Source: an uncultured Acidobacteriaceae bacterium
GTDB lineage: Bacteria > Acidobacteriota > Terriglobia > Terriglobales > Acidobacteriaceae
Length of the DNA stretch: 64,000 nt
Direction: 5' to 3'
Assembly (NCBI GenBank): GCA_963838995.1
Contig: CAWITJ010000003.1
Location: 250,000 to 313,999, forward strand
Below the pieces are notes generated by a model, which worked only from the letters and a program-made list of their open reading frames with translations, had not been told where the DNA came from and made no database searches. The translations under genes and the position numbers were made by a program. Numbering within the stretch: position 1 is the stretch's first letter; every line of letters begins with the position of its first letter. This document shows, piece by piece, positions 45,791-58,111 of the stretch.

Positions 45791-47095
45791 ATGTTGCGAA
45801 CAACTGGAACTATGTCTGCCCGCCAATCGGCTTTTCGTTTTCTCAGCACAGCCAGTGTCTTGCTGGTTCTGATAGCAGTGGTCACATCGGCCAATAGCTA
45901 TGCCAGCAGCGTTGATACCCAGACGTACCTGGGCACGGCTTATGGAACCTACGCTTTCGTAGGCAATACCATACTGGTCAATCAAACCGCACCAGTCTCA
46001 CTGGGCGGGACTTGCGGCACTTCACGGCAACCTCTCCAGGTGTCCGGAACCGCCGCCGGAGTGAACCTGCCTCCCATTATCACGGGAGGCGCCGTCAATA
46101 CGGTGGTTTCCAGTTCTACCAATACAGCCCAGTCGGTCTCCGACACAGCCAGCGTAAGCCTGATTGCCGGGCTGATTACCGCCCAGGAGATCAAGGCCGT
46201 CAGTACTACCACCATCGATAGCAATGGAACATTCCACGTGAGCTCGGCTGGCTCAACGTTCAACAACCTGAACATCCTCGGCCACATTTACAACGGGTCG
46301 GTACCCGCCAACACCCGCGTGAGCCTGCCGTTACTGGGATATGTGGTGCTCAATGAACAAACCTCAAACCTGACCAACGCGATGGCCAACCTCACGGTTA
46401 ACATGATTCACATCCACGTCACCGGACTGAACATTCTCGGGCTCCAGGTCGGCACAGACATAACAGTTTCGAGCGCGACCAGTGGCATGATTCATGTATT
46501 TGCTCCTGCTATTCTGAGCGGCCAATCGTTTGGAACCGAGGTGCTGGGGCCCATCCTGTCGTCCAGTCCCACCGCGCCGGAAGTCTTGCCGTGCCTGGGT
46601 ACGGGTGGTGCGGTGCGTACCGCGACGCTGGGTAGCGTCAACCTAGCCGGCATCCTCAATTCAGGAACGGTCACGGATACGGTGGAATCGAACCTGACCA
46701 TTCCCATGTCCTCTGGGCAAAACACCTCAACGGTCCAAGGCCTGAACCTGCTAAACGGATTAGTCACAGCCAGCGTAATCCGGGCGCAGGTCAACGCAGC
46801 AGTTAACGATAGCTATAACTACATCCTGAACGGCTTCGATACGTTTGTTGGTATATCGGTCGCGGGCCATCCGGAGATCACCGATCAAGTACCCAATAAC
46901 ACCAGCATCTCGCTTGCCGGTCTGGGAACTTTGTACGTAAAGCGGATCATTAATAACTACCCGAATCCGCATTCGGTCGAAGTTCGCAGCCTGGAGCTGG
47001 TCGTTAATCAGAACAATACCTATGGCCTACCCATCGGATTGGACATCATCGTGGGAGATGCTCAGGTTCAACTCATCGGGAACTCCGCTCCTTAG
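45791..47095 (+). CDS. secreted protein with internal tandem duplication (function unknown)
   Basis: GGGAGG lies 7 nt before ATG 45791, and there is a signal/TM segment. Two repeats share the pattern L(I/L)xGL(I/V)TAxxI(K/R)A...GH...VPxNTx(V/I)SL. The ORF-track start at 45593 is unlikely. Confidence 0.75.
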   Translation: MLRTTGTMSARQSAFRFLSTASVLLVLIAVVTSANSYASSVDTQTYLGTAYGTYAFVGNTILVNQTAPVSLGGTCGTSRQPLQVSGTAAGVNLPPIITGGAVNTVVSSSTNTAQSVSDTASVSLIAGLITAQEIKAVSTTTIDSNGTFHVSSAGSTFNNLNILGHIYNGSVPANTRVSLPLLGYVVLNEQTSNLTNAMANLTVNMIHIHVTGLNILGLQVGTDITVSSATSGMIHVFAPAILSGQSFGTEVLGPILSSSPTAPEVLPCLGTGGAVRTATLGSVNLAGILNSGTVTDTVESNLTIPMSSGQNTSTVQGLNLLNGLVTASVIRAQVNAAVNDSYNYILNGFDTFVGISVAGHPEITDQVPNNTSISLAGLGTLYVKRIINNYPNPHSVEVRSLELVVNQNNTYGLPIGLDIIVGDAQVQLIGNSAP

Positions 47096-47313
47096 GTGTT
47101 GTCGGATTACGAACTGTCTACGAGTGAGGGAAGCTGGAGACTGGAATCCAGCTTGCCTTTGACATCGGAACTGGCCAGCCATGCGCGTGAGTGAACCAAT
47201 GCTTATGCGCATGGCAATTTTTCCATCCGCCACGTTTCCCTTGCAGACATGCCCGCGTTGTGACCAACAAAGTTTGTGGGGGCTCCGCAGATGGGGCTCA
47301 GCAAAGGCCAACC

Positions 47314-47697
47314 ATGTTGTCATCGCATACCATAATCGAATTAAGCGCTCGCGAGGCGTTTGACTTTCTACATATGCTAATCAACAAGATGACGACCGTA
47401 CAGGTGGTGATGTCGGTCGGGGGAAGTCCAAGTCTGTCGGCGACGGTCGAGGGGAAATTGCACTTCGCGGCTGACGGGACAATCTGGGTAGCCGGCGGCG
47501 GCGACAGAATATCGGGTCACGTCACCTTTAAACCATCCTTGGCGATTTTGCGCCGGCCCGGCAATGACCACACGTACCCGTTCGGACGCGTTCAATCCTC
47601 ATCTTCCGAGGAGATACCGTACGCGTCGACGGCCATGACGTTCGTCTTTGCGGACCGTTCGCAAGTCAGCGTGACGGAGATGGAAAACTACTGCTGA
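47314..47697 (+). CDS. hypothetical protein
   Basis: The ORF has a plausible protein-like sequence from MLSSHTIIELSAREAF.... It has no clear RBS and no recognised domain. Confidence 0.3.
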   Translation: MLSSHTIIELSAREAFDFLHMLINKMTTVQVVMSVGGSPSLSATVEGKLHFAADGTIWVAGGGDRISGHVTFKPSLAILRRPGNDHTYPFGRVQSSSSEEIPYASTAMTFVFADRSQVSVTEMENYC

Positions 47698-47813
47698 TAA
47701 AAGCGGTGCTTCGAGAAGGATGGCGGCGCACAGTCTCACGCCGAGCTCTGCCTTCAAACTGTCCTGCCATGCTGCTATCCTCAAAGCTACTTCGCCAAAG
47801 GACGTTTGTGTAA

Positions 47814-49616
47814 TTGCCTCCAATCCTTAATGCCCAAGGCCTCTCGAAGACGTACGGGGTCGCTCCGCTCTTCAATGACGTCGCGTTCACTGTGTCCGAC
47901 GGTGACCGCATCGGGCTAATCGGACCGAATGGCTCAGGTAAATCGACATTGCTGCAGATCCTTGCCGGCGAGGTCGCGCCGGATGAGGGAGAGGTGGCCG
48001 CCAAAAAGAGAGCGCGACTCAGCCTGGTTCGGCAGGAATCGGAATTCCCTGCCGGGCAGACAGTCGGCGCGGTGATGGACAGCGCCCTGCAGCGCGCCGG
48101 CATCCCCGAGGCCGACCGGCAAGCGCTCGCCGCTGAAACCCTGGGCAAAGCCGGCTTTGAGGATTTCAACGCGCAGGCCAGTTCCCTGTCCGGTGGCTGG
48201 CGAAAGCGTCTGGCCATTGCCGAAGCCCTGGTGCAAAAACCCGATGTCCTGCTACTCGACGAGCCCACCAACCATCTTGATCTCGCCGCCATCGAGTGGC
48301 TGGAGGACTTGCTGGAATCCGCGTCGTTTGCCTCGATCGTGGTGAGCCATGACCGGTACTTTCTGGAGAACTTCGCCACCGCCGTGGTTGAGCTGAACCG
48401 AGTCTATCCCGACGGGCTGCTGCGCGTTGAGGGCAACTACAGCAAGCTGCTGGAAGAGAAAGGGGCGTTTCTGCACGCTCAGCAGCGCCGGCAGGAGGCG
48501 CTGGAGAACCGCGTGCGCACCGAGATTGACTGGCTGCGCCGCGGACCCAAGGCTCGCACCACGAAGTCGAAGGCACGGATCCAGAATGCGAATAAGCTAA
48601 TCGGCGAACTGGCGGACATCAAGACGCGCAGCCGCACGGCCGATGCCGGCATCGACTTCGCCGCGACCGATCGCCAGACCAAACGATTGGTGGAGATTGA
48701 ACATCTCTCGTACGCTATCGACGGCCGAATGCTCTTCCAGGATTTGGATTTCAACATCACCGCCGGCATGCGGGTTGGGCTGGTAGGCGCGAACGGAAGC
48801 GGCAAGACCACTCTGCTGCGTATCCTGTCTGGCGAACTCGTACCGGCTTCCGGCGAGGTTCGCACGGCCGACTCGCTGCGAATTGTCCATTTCGATCAGG
48901 ATCGGGTTCTCGATCCCAACGTCACCCTGCGACGAGCGCTCGCGCCTGATAGCGATTCGGTCATCTACCAGGACCGCGTCATCCACGTGGCCTCGTGGGC
49001 TTCGCGATTTCTGTTTAGCGGCGAACAGCTCAATCAGCCCGTGGGCAGCTTGTCGGGAGGTGAGCGGGCGCGCGTGCTGATCGCCAAGCTTATGCTGCAA
49101 CCTGCCGACCTGCTGTTGCTAGACGAGCCCACCAACGACTTGGACATCCCAACTCTGGAGGTGCTGGAGGAGAGCCTGCTGGAATTTCGAGGAGCACTGT
49201 TACTGGTGACCCACGACCGCTATCTTCTCGATCGGGTATCCAACATAGTTTTAGGACTGGATGGCGAAGGCGCCATCGGCAGCTTTGCCGATTATTCGCA
49301 ATGGGAAGTTTGGCAGCGGGAACGCAGAGAAGCCCCGAAGCCCGAGGCCCCAAAGACTCGTCAGCGCGAAATCGCAGCAAGTGCACCGGCGAAGAAGAAG
49401 CTGTCTTACATGGAATCGCGCGAGTACGCCACCATCGAGCAGCGGATTGCTGAGGCCGAGAAGACGCTTCGCCTGAAGCGCGAAGCTCACGAGGATCCTG
49501 GCATCGCCAGTGACGGCGCGGAGCTGTTGCGTACGCAATCTGCGTTGGAAGAAGCACAGCGCCAAGTGGACGAACTCTACGCGCGTTGGACAGAGCTGGA
49601 GTCGAAAGTCGAGTAA
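47814..49616 (+). CDS. ABC-F family ATPase (Uup/EttA-like, no TM domain)
   Basis: Two ABC cassettes: GPNGSGKST with LSGGWRKR, and GANGSGKTT with LSGGERAR. A coiled-coil C-terminal tail follows. Confidence 0.9.
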   Translation: MPPILNAQGLSKTYGVAPLFNDVAFTVSDGDRIGLIGPNGSGKSTLLQILAGEVAPDEGEVAAKKRARLSLVRQESEFPAGQTVGAVMDSALQRAGIPEADRQALAAETLGKAGFEDFNAQASSLSGGWRKRLAIAEALVQKPDVLLLDEPTNHLDLAAIEWLEDLLESASFASIVVSHDRYFLENFATAVVELNRVYPDGLLRVEGNYSKLLEEKGAFLHAQQRRQEALENRVRTEIDWLRRGPKARTTKSKARIQNANKLIGELADIKTRSRTADAGIDFAATDRQTKRLVEIEHLSYAIDGRMLFQDLDFNITAGMRVGLVGANGSGKTTLLRILSGELVPASGEVRTADSLRIVHFDQDRVLDPNVTLRRALAPDSDSVIYQDRVIHVASWASRFLFSGEQLNQPVGSLSGGERARVLIAKLMLQPADLLLLDEPTNDLDIPTLEVLEESLLEFRGALLLVTHDRYLLDRVSNIVLGLDGEGAIGSFADYSQWEVWQRERREAPKPEAPKTRQREIAASAPAKKKLSYMESREYATIEQRIAEAEKTLRLKREAHEDPGIASDGAELLRTQSALEEAQRQVDELYARWTELESKVE

Positions 49617-49657
49617 ACCATCCTCGAACCGACAACTCCAGTCCATCCTTACCGTCG

Positions 49658-51946
49658 TTACGAGTCCTGCTTGGTGATCAGCTTCCGCAACGCAACCCGA
49701 TCCGGGTTAAGTAGCTCGGCGATACGGGCCGCGCTCACGCCCGCCACAATGATCAGGTCGGCTTCGGTATTCACCGTGTTGAAAATTCCCAGCCGCTTCA
49801 TCTTCAGCGCCTGGTGCTGATTGTCGTCCGTCGGGCTCAGGTAATGCACCAGGCTGGTCTTGTAGCGGTGAATCAGGAATAAATGCGCCAGGGTCATTAG
49901 GCGCTTCTTCTGAAGCGACGGATCGTAAGTATTCATGTCGCGGATGGACAGCAGCTTGTGTCCGTGGCGATCATGCACATCGGCAAAGATGACGTTGCCG
50001 ACCTTCTCTTTCGATTCGTTCCAGATGCTCAGCTCCAGGAAGTCAGAGCCCGAAGCCACAGGACGCAACTGAACACGGTAGTCGAGCGGCAGGCTGTTGT
50101 GCTCCGCCCAGATTTTGAGCCAGTCTTCCAGCACCTTGGGCGGGACCTCGGTCTGCGCCAGGTGTTGATGCTGCGTCGACCCTTTGCCCATCGCCTTGGT
50201 CGTCGCGATTCGCCCAGAAACCGCCATGAGCGCGGCATCCAGCCGTGGGCCACCCACCAGCGTCTGCGGCGTGCGATAGGGAGATTCCAACAGACGGAAC
50301 TTGCGTTGCAACCGTGCCAGCGACAACATGCCGTCCTGCCGGAGAGCTGAGGCGAACTCCTCCGCAGCCAGACCGTCAATCTGATGGCCGCCGTAGGTGA
50401 TGAAGTTGAAGACAAAGCCGAGCTTGCCCAACTCCTCCGGAAACTGCTTCATCTGCTCGTCGGTCATGCCGGTGGTGTCCCAACTGAACGACGGCGACAA
50501 GTTGTAGGCCAGCATTTTGTCGGGAAAGACCGCGTGAATGGCTTCGGCGAATTCCCTGGCTTCCTCCAGGTTCGCAGTTGCCGTTTCCATCCACAGGATG
50601 TCGGCGAATGGCGCGGCTGCCAGCGACTTCGCTACGGCAAACTCCAATCCGCCTTGGACCTGGTAATAGCCTTCCGTGGTCTTTGCCAGCTCGCAATCCC
50701 ACTCGACATCGATTCCCAGCGACAGCGCTTTCTCGCGTGCCTTGTACCACGATGCGCTCTTGGTGGCAGCCAGCCATTCCTCGGCGGTCATGTCGAACGA
50801 CTCACCTCCGCTCACGCGGAAGACAATGGCATCGGCAACCGTCTGGCGATAGGTTTTTAGACCGGCCGCTTCCTGCCATGCGTCGAGGAACTTCGACATG
50901 GCTTTGTCCAGTACGCTCTCCACCACTCCCTCAGAGCTCTTCTTGAACTTGCCGGCGGTTTCTTCGAATACCGGCATCAGGCCGGTTCCTTCGAACCAAG
51001 CATCTGCTGCGGCGTACTCCTCTTCGGACATGGCAAACATCAGGTGGCCGCGGATCTCTTCGACTCCCGCGTTGTAGAACCGGCGATGCAACGACAACAC
51101 GACGGCCTTGTAGCTGGGCACGTCGAGGTTTGTAACTCCCAGGATGAAGGGCTGATCGCGCTCGTCGGCACATCCGTCGAGCAGGCTGGCAGCCTCGGCG
51201 TCGGTGCGAGCGACGATGATGCCCGGAACCCGCATCACATCGAGTTGGAAGCGCGCCGCGTTGAGCCGTTGTACCTGCTCGTTCTCAGATACCAGCACTT
51301 TCCCGCCCTGGTGGCCGCACTTCTTCACGCCGGGCTTCTGGTCTTCGATGTGGTATCCCGGGACACCGGCTTCCACGAAGCGGCGAATCAGGTTGCGGAC
51401 GTGGGCATCACCTCCATGTCCGGTATCAGCGTCGGCGATGATGAACGGGCGGTAGTCGACCTCCGGGGTCGAGCTCAACTGCTCCGCCGTCATGCGCGAA
51501 CGTGCGAAATGCTGGTTGCGGTCGGCAGTTAACAGGGCGCGGACGATGGTTTCTGCCTCATCCGGCACTTGGCTCAGCGGGTAGCTGGCCAAATCGGCGC
51601 CCGGATCTTCCGTGATGCTCCCCTTCGCCGACGTTGCCCACCCCCCGAGATAGATGCCTTCAATCCCAAGGCGCTTGATGGTCACCGCCTGGCCAGGCGA
51701 GTAGGGGCCAAAGGTAGTGATGGACTTGCCACTATCAAACAATTCTCGCAGCCGTGCGTAAAAACCTTCGGCAGCCTGGCGCGCCACCGGATAGTCGGTG
51801 GTGATGGTGCCGCGTTGCTCGACCACTTGCCGGGGGGAGTACAGGCGAATGATGCCCTTGAACCGGCTGCCGTCAAACCAGTCTTTTACCTCTCGAACTC
51901 TTTCTTCGAAGGAACTCATCGTCAGGTCCTGCAACAGCGATTTCAT
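49658..51946 (-). CDS. aceA: isocitrate lyase, long (ICL2/AceAb-type) form
   Basis: 762 aa carrying the catalytic motif [12 protein letters not shown] and DADTGHGG. A large insertion and C-terminal domain match mycobacterial and fungal long ICLs. Confidence 0.9.
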   Translation of the reverse strand: MKSLLQDLTMSSFEERVREVKDWFDGSRFKGIIRLYSPRQVVEQRGTITTDYPVARQAAEGFYARLRELFDSGKSITTFGPYSPGQAVTIKRLGIEGIYLGGWATSAKGSITEDPGADLASYPLSQVPDEAETIVRALLTADRNQHFARSRMTAEQLSSTPEVDYRPFIIADADTGHGGDAHVRNLIRRFVEAGVPGYHIEDQKPGVKKCGHQGGKVLVSENEQVQRLNAARFQLDVMRVPGIIVARTDAEAASLLDGCADERDQPFILGVTNLDVPSYKAVVLSLHRRFYNAGVEEIRGHLMFAMSEEEYAAADAWFEGTGLMPVFEETAGKFKKSSEGVVESVLDKAMSKFLDAWQEAAGLKTYRQTVADAIVFRVSGGESFDMTAEEWLAATKSASWYKAREKALSLGIDVEWDCELAKTTEGYYQVQGGLEFAVAKSLAAAPFADILWMETATANLEEAREFAEAIHAVFPDKMLAYNLSPSFSWDTTGMTDEQMKQFPEELGKLGFVFNFITYGGHQIDGLAAEEFASALRQDGMLSLARLQRKFRLLESPYRTPQTLVGGPRLDAALMAVSGRIATTKAMGKGSTQHQHLAQTEVPPKVLEDWLKIWAEHNSLPLDYRVQLRPVASGSDFLELSIWNESKEKVGNVIFADVHDRHGHKLLSIRDMNTYDPSLQKKRLMTLAHLFLIHRYKTSLVHYLSPTDDNQHQALKMKRLGIFNTVNTEADLIIVAGVSAARIAELLNPDRVALRKLITKQDS

Positions 51947-52344
51947 GGAGTCCGTCTCCTTGTCAGGCTATTAAGGATGAGCGAAAACACCTATCGTTCC
52001 TCGGCTTGCCGAATGAGGCCCGAGGACCAATCGCTAAAATCCTTTGCGTTCGAATATGGCTGAAAACTTTGGCTGGCGCCGTAAGCGGGCCACGGCTGGC
52101 TGCAATCTACCCGCGGTTTGTTGCCTCAACCGGGGCTCATACGCCATTACAGTTACCTTCGAAATGTAACATTATTGACACCCAACCTTCCACGTTAATT
52201 CACACTCCGGCGGGAGGAAATAGGGTAGGCCTGTTTCGGGAAAGTCGTCGCCGGAGTCTGCTGGCGGCTGCTGGGCTGAGGACGGTGACGTAGGGCGAGT
52301 TGCGATCGGAACGGCGGAGGATTGTTCCCGAGTTTAGGCTGGAG

Positions 52345-53563
52345 CTAGGCCTGTGTTTTCTTCATGATCGTCCAGCAGTCCCGAGCGATCTCCCAGTCTT
52401 CCCCGGCGGCGATGATGAGGATTCGCACCGGCGACGCGGGATCGGAGATGTCCTGGTCGGGGGGAGATTGCGCGTTGCGTCCGGGATCGAGTTTGACGCC
52501 TGCGTAAGCCAAGCTTTCGCAGGCCGCCGCGCGTACATCCGCCGAATTCTCCCCAACGCCAGCGGTGAACACCATCGCGTCGATGCCGCCCAACACTGCG
52601 ACCATGGACCCGATGCCAGCGCGTAGCCGGTGAACGTAGATGTCGAAAGCCAGCTTGGCCCGTTCGGTTTTCGTTTTTTACGGCGGCCAGAATTTCGCGC
52701 ATATCGCCCGATACGCCCGAAATTCCCAGCAGGCCCGACTTTTGGTTCAATATGTCGTCGAGTTGCTCTCCGGTGACACCGTTTTGGCGCATTAGGTACG
52801 TCAGAATTCCCGGATCGACGGAACCGGAGCGGGTACCCATCATCAATCCTTCTAAGGGAGTGAATCCCATGGTGGTATCGACGCTTCGTCCATTTTGAAC
52901 CGCAGCCAGCGAACAGCCATTGCCAAGGTGGCAACTCACCAGCTTCAACTCCTTCGTGTCACGCTTCAGCAGGTGCGCCGCGCGCCGCCCGCAGTACTTG
53001 TGATTGATGCCGTGGAACCCGTAACGCCGGATGCCCGCCGCATACCACTCATATGGTCCGGGATAGACCGCGGCAGCAAGCGGCATTTTCTTGTGGAAGC
53101 CGGTATCGAAGACGGCCACTTGGGGAACGTCGCCTAACAACTTGGCAACGGTCTCCATTCCTTCCAGCTCAGCTCGGTTGTGTAAAGGGGCAAAGGCGGA
53201 GACGCCGGCGATTGCCTTCTTCACGTCCGCAGTAAGCAGCACCGGATCTTCATAGTCCGGTCCACCGTGCACTACGCGATGACCAACGACATCAATGTCA
53301 GACGGAGAGTTGATCGCGCGTTGATCGCCCTTCCACAGCGTGTCCAGCAGATGCGATGTGGCATCGGCCCGGGAAGAGAACTTGATCTGCTCCTTACGCG
53401 CCGGCATTTGAGCAGACTTAATTTCCTCTTTCGCCGTCTCGCCTTCCCACTCAATCTTGCCCTGCCACAGACAAGCGGGTGGATTATCAGGCAGCGCATC
53501 ACCGATTTCGTACACGCAGCTCTTCTGGCTGCTGGAGCCTGAGTTCAGAACCAGTATCTTCAT
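52345..53563 (-). pseudogene. ackA: acetate kinase, apparent 1-nt insertion frameshift near 52666
   Basis: MKILVLNSGSSSQK...GFHGINH...MGTRSGSVDPG runs to ...REILAAVKNEN. The +1 frame then continues ERAKLAFDIYVHRLRAGIGSMVAVLGGIDAMVFTAGVGENS.... Length 1219 nt, which is 3n+1. Confidence 0.9.
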
Positions 53564-53566
53564 AGG

Positions 53567-55969
53567 CTAATACGGCCATGTCCAGTCACGCACCTCGGGA
53601 ATATCGTCGCCGTGCTCGTGCACGTATCGAGTGTGCTCCACTAGCTTATTGCGAAGCATCTGCTTGAAGTGCGCGCCCACGCGCTGCAGGCGCGGCACGC
53701 GGTCAACCACATCGCCGGCGAGGTGATAGCGGTCCAACTCGTTCAGCACCGTCATGTCGAACGGCGTGGTCGTGGTGCCCTCTTCCTTGTAGCCGTGAAC
53801 GTGAAAATTGTCGTGGTTCGTGCGACGGTAGGTCAGCCGGTGAACCAGCCACGGATAGCCGTGATAGGCGAAGATGACCGGCTTGTCCGCGGTAAACATC
53901 GAATCGAACTCGCGATCTGAGATGCCATGGGGGTGCTCCGACGGGGTTTGCAGCGTCATGAGATCCACGACGTTTACGAAGCGTATCTTGATGTCGGGAA
54001 AATGCTGGCGCAACAGGTCTACGGCAGCCAGCGCCTCCAGCGTTGGAACATCACCGGCACATGCCATCACCGCGTCGGGCTCGTTGTCGCCATCGGTACT
54101 GGCCCAACCCCAAATGCCCAGACCGTCGGTGCAATGCTCTATGGCGGCGTCCATATCGAGGTACTGCAAAGCAGGCTGCTTACCGGCCACGATCACGTTG
54201 ACGTAATTCTTGCTACGCAGGCAGTGATCCGCCACTGACAACAACGTATTGGCATCGGGCGGAAGATACACGCGCACGATGTCCGCTTTCTTATTCATCA
54301 CGTAATCGATGAATCCGGGATCCTGGTGGCTGAAGCCATTATGGTCCTGTCGCCAGACATGCGACGTCAGCAGATAATTCAGCGATGCGATGGGTCGCCG
54401 CCACGGAATATGCCGCGTCACCTTTAGCCACTTGGCATGCTGGTTGAACATGGAATCAACCACGTGGATGAACGCCTCGTAGCAAGAGAAAAGGCCGTGT
54501 CGCCCGGTCAGCAGGTATCCCTCGAGCCAGCCCTGGCACATGTTCTCGCTTAGGATCTCCATCACACGGCCGCTCGGCGACTCATTCTCATCGGTAGGCA
54601 GAACCGGCTCCATCCAAACTTTGCCGGTTACCTCGTACAGCGCGTCCAAACGATTCGATGCAGTCTCGTCCGGCCCGAAGACACGGAAGTTCTTGCTGTC
54701 CATGTTCCGCTTCATGATGTCGCGCAGGAAGGTGCCCAGGATGCGAGTAGCTTCGGCCGATTCCGTACCCGGCTTGGGCACTTTGATCCCGTATTCGCAG
54801 AAGTCCGGCATCAGGAGATTCTTCAGCAGCAGGCCGCCATTGGCGTGTGGATTAGCGCCCATGCGGCGATCGCCCTTCGGCGCCAGTTCGGCAAGATCGG
54901 CCCGGAATGTGCCGTTCTCGTCAAAGAGCTCTTCGGCATGGTAGCCCTTCATCCAGTCTTCCAGGATTTTCAGATGGCCGGGCTTGGTTGCCAGGTCGGT
55001 CACAGGAACCTGATGCGCGCGCCACGTCCCTTCCACCGGCTTTCCATCGACGACCTTCGGGCCGGTCCAGCCCTTCGGCGTACGCATCACCATCATGGGC
55101 CACTGCGGCCGCTCCATATCGCCACCCGAGCGCGCCTTGGCCTGAATGGCCTTGATCTCTACCAGGATTTCTTCCAGTGTCGATGCCATCAACTGGTGCA
55201 TCAGCTCAGGCTCGTGGCCTTCGACGAAGTACGGCTTGTAACCATACCCGTTGAACAGGTGGGTCAGTTCCTCATCGCTCAGGCGACCAAGAATCGTCGG
55301 GTTGGCTATCTTGTAGCCGTTCAAATGCAGAATGGGCAGCACCGCGCCATCGCGCGCCGGATTCAGGAACTTGTTGGAATGCCAGCTGGTGGCGAGGCTG
55401 GCCGTCTCCGACTCGCCATCCCCCACAACACAACAAGCCAGCAGGTCGGGATTGTCGAACACCGCTCCGTACGCATGCGCCAGAGAGTAACCTAGCTCTC
55501 CGCCCTCGTTGATCGATCCCGGCGTCTCCGGGGCAGCGTGGCTGGGAATCCCACCCGGAAAAGAAAACTGCTTGAACAGCTTCTGCATGCCTTCTTCATT
55601 CTGCTGAATGTCTGGATACAGTTCGGTGTACGTGCCTTCGAGGTAAGTGTTGGCAACTATGCCTGGGCCGCCGTGCCCCGGCCCCGTGATATTGATCACG
55701 TTCAAGTCGTACTTCTTAATCAGCCGGTTGAAGTGCACATAGACAAAATTGAGTCCAGGGGTGGTGCCCCAATGGCCTAACAGGCGCGGCTTCACATGCT
55801 CGATCTTGAGCGGCTCGCGCAGCAGCGGATTCCTGTAAAGGTAAATTTGTCCCACGGACAAATAGTTCGCGGCACGCCAGTAGGCGTTAATCTTCTGCAA
55901 CTCTTCGGCAGTTAATGGCTGGCTGGAAGCTTTGGCGTTAGCGACATCGGCGGAGGCGACAGAACTCAT
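53567..55969 (-). CDS. xfp: xylulose-5-P/fructose-6-P phosphoketolase
   Basis: 800 aa counted from ATG 55969, with AGGAGA 9 nt upstream. Motifs [16 protein letters not shown] and GPGHGGP. The ORF-track start at 56173 adds 68 Arg-rich residues and is unlikely. Confidence 0.95.
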   Translation of the reverse strand: MSSVASADVANAKASSQPLTAEELQKINAYWRAANYLSVGQIYLYRNPLLREPLKIEHVKPRLLGHWGTTPGLNFVYVHFNRLIKKYDLNVINITGPGHGGPGIVANTYLEGTYTELYPDIQQNEEGMQKLFKQFSFPGGIPSHAAPETPGSINEGGELGYSLAHAYGAVFDNPDLLACCVVGDGESETASLATSWHSNKFLNPARDGAVLPILHLNGYKIANPTILGRLSDEELTHLFNGYGYKPYFVEGHEPELMHQLMASTLEEILVEIKAIQAKARSGGDMERPQWPMMVMRTPKGWTGPKVVDGKPVEGTWRAHQVPVTDLATKPGHLKILEDWMKGYHAEELFDENGTFRADLAELAPKGDRRMGANPHANGGLLLKNLLMPDFCEYGIKVPKPGTESAEATRILGTFLRDIMKRNMDSKNFRVFGPDETASNRLDALYEVTGKVWMEPVLPTDENESPSGRVMEILSENMCQGWLEGYLLTGRHGLFSCYEAFIHVVDSMFNQHAKWLKVTRHIPWRRPIASLNYLLTSHVWRQDHNGFSHQDPGFIDYVMNKKADIVRVYLPPDANTLLSVADHCLRSKNYVNVIVAGKQPALQYLDMDAAIEHCTDGLGIWGWASTDGDNEPDAVMACAGDVPTLEALAAVDLLRQHFPDIKIRFVNVVDLMTLQTPSEHPHGISDREFDSMFTADKPVIFAYHGYPWLVHRLTYRRTNHDNFHVHGYKEEGTTTTPFDMTVLNELDRYHLAGDVVDRVPRLQRVGAHFKQMLRNKLVEHTRYVHEHGDDIPEVRDWTWPY

Positions 55970-56184
55970 AAGGATGGCTCTCCTGTAGCGTTCTACAATC
56001 CTATTCTCTTGAAACGGCGAGTGCCGGGCTCGCCTAGATGAATTTCTGGTTACGGCAGGACGACGGCCCCTTGCATCGGCAGCGGCAGCCGCGAACGTGG
56101 TCTGGAGCTCTGGGTTTGAATTCCGACGACCCCGATGACCGATACCGGGGTGGAATCCGATGTCCAAAAACAATTGCGGAAGTT

Positions 56185-57759
56185 CTAGAAGCGGTAAACG
56201 TACGACGTCGATACCTGCAGATTGCCCTGGGTCACGATGTATTGGGTCGAAAGAAGACTGCCAAGCGGATACTGCACGTGATCGGGATAGTCGCTGAGGT
56301 AGCGCACCAGCGTTGTTCCTACGTCAAATCGTACGGTCGAATTCCGCGCTGGATAAAGCTCGACGATTCCGCCAAAGTCGGCCGCGAAACGGGTAAGACT
56401 GGTCGGAGTTGTCGACCCTCCACCCGGCATGGCGCTTTCATAATAAATGAACCCAGGACGGACTTTGCCGAAGATACCGAAGTGCTGATAGCGTTCGCCG
56501 ATGCGTATTCCGAAGAGGCCCTCTGCCATGGCCTTGCTGCCCTGCTGGCCGGGGATGAGATTCATGGTGCTGTCGAACGCGATCAGCCGGGTGAAGTTGT
56601 AGTCAAAATTGAATCCGGCACCCGACAGGTTCTTGCGACAGCCTCCGCTCTCGCAGCTATTGCTAAGCACCGGCAAGCTGACGTTGGTGTATTGCGTACC
56701 GATTTCCCAGCGAGGAAGCGGGGGCCGAGTGTCAGGCGGCTTGGGCGGATGCGCTTTGGCAGCCACAACAAAATTGTTCTCCGCAGCTGGCAACTGCCAT
56801 GGGAACCTCCCCGAGAACAGCGCAGCAAAGCTGCGGCTGGGCTCCAGTGCAGAACGCAAAATTCTGCCCCCAAGAATCTTATGGTTCACGGCCACGGGAG
56901 AAACGATGTACTTATCAATCGTATCCTCACCCAGAATCCAGGCCGTACCGACCAGTGGCGTCACCACGAAATCGGTCCAGCCGGTGTTGTTAGTAGGCGG
57001 CTTGTGGTACTTGGGGTTGTTCAGACAGGACAACGCCAGGCCGCAACCTGGAAGGTAGGTGTATCCGCCCTGGTTGCCGAAGTCCGTTTCGCTGATCGGA
57101 CCAATCTCCAACTGGGTAGACCAGGCGGCTGCCCATCCCAGCCCCTTGAGTCGGCTCATCCAATAGCGGCGGTTCTTACCAATGACGACCCAGCTCTTGG
57201 GATCGTTCATCAGGTAGGTCCGTCCAAACACCGCACCTTCCAGCGGATGGCCGACGTCATTCACGATAAAGTCGTCACCATCACCCCAGCGGTGCATGTC
57301 ATAGCCGCCGTATGACGCAAACCAATCGTGAAAGAACGGCTTGTGCGACAGGTTGTAGCGCATGAAGGGATCGAAAGCGACCCGCCACACGTCGAAGAAC
57401 AAGTTCTCGTTGAAAGTCTGAATGAAAGCGCGCTTAAAGTTAAATTTTTCATCGTCCGGATTGTGAGAGCTCGACGTTCCGGTAGAGGTAGACGCAACCG
57501 CGGGAGGACGACTGGAGGACTCGGACGGCAGAGCAGGAACGGCCGCGGTTAGGTGGTTGGTGTCAGCGGGCTTGCTGCCCTCCGCCAATCCGGAGTCGAG
57601 AAGGTTGCTATCTTGATGGGCCAACAGGGCCGCATTCGGCGGGTCAGGTTCAGCAGCCTGGCTCCAAAGGCATGCGCAACCGGCAAACAAGAAAACAGCA
57701 CAGCACAGCGTCCGATACGAAGGACGGCAGCGCCCAAGTCTGACAAGAAAACAAGACAC
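56185..57759 (-). CDS. outer-membrane beta-barrel-like protein (function unknown)
   Basis: 524 aa with a signal peptide and a S/P-rich linker. The C-terminal alternating beta pattern ends in ...STSYVYRF, the aromatic terminal residue typical of OMPs. Confidence 0.65.
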   Translation of the reverse strand: MSCFLVRLGRCRPSYRTLCCAVFLFAGCACLWSQAAEPDPPNAALLAHQDSNLLDSGLAEGSKPADTNHLTAAVPALPSESSSRPPAVASTSTGTSSSHNPDDEKFNFKRAFIQTFNENLFFDVWRVAFDPFMRYNLSHKPFFHDWFASYGGYDMHRWGDGDDFIVNDVGHPLEGAVFGRTYLMNDPKSWVVIGKNRRYWMSRLKGLGWAAAWSTQLEIGPISETDFGNQGGYTYLPGCGLALSCLNNPKYHKPPTNNTGWTDFVVTPLVGTAWILGEDTIDKYIVSPVAVNHKILGGRILRSALEPSRSFAALFSGRFPWQLPAAENNFVVAAKAHPPKPPDTRPPLPRWEIGTQYTNVSLPVLSNSCESGGCRKNLSGAGFNFDYNFTRLIAFDSTMNLIPGQQGSKAMAEGLFGIRIGERYQHFGIFGKVRPGFIYYESAMPGGGSTTPTSLTRFAADFGGIVELYPARNSTVRFDVGTTLVRYLSDYPDHVQYPLGSLLSTQYIVTQGNLQVSTSYVYRF

Positions 57760-58111
57760 ACCAAACTCCCATTCACCAAGTAGAACTCGACGGCGACCTC
57801 TGTCTTCTCACCGGCGGTGGTTTCCCGTGGCCCGGGCTGTTTCGTCCAGCGTTGCCGGCGCTACGGATCTCCGCTGCCCCGGCTTGGTTACATCCTCTGC
57901 CTGGTTCACCTCCGCCGGTGCTCGCAAACTCAACCTGGTTGAGTCGCGTTTCACCTACGCATCGCGGCGGCAATAATCCAACCGCAAGCGATGATCGATC
58001 ATTTGGGCGCCGGGCATGGAGCGATGAAGAAGACCCGGTGCTTCACCTGAACCGTGACATCTCGCGATAAAGCAAACAAATTGTCGGTGGTCGGAGGTCG
58101 CCCCCCGGTCG

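Noticed and set aside
55970-56173. 68-codon N-terminal extension of xfp in the ORF track
   Set aside because: It is an Arg-rich, non-homologous sequence. The canonical phosphoketolase N-terminus begins at ATG 55969, with AGGAGA upstream.
56038-57315. 425-aa plus-strand ORF
   Set aside because: Antisense to the OMP-like gene and overlapping the over-extended xfp ORF in the track (53567..56173). It is Arg-rich with no motif.
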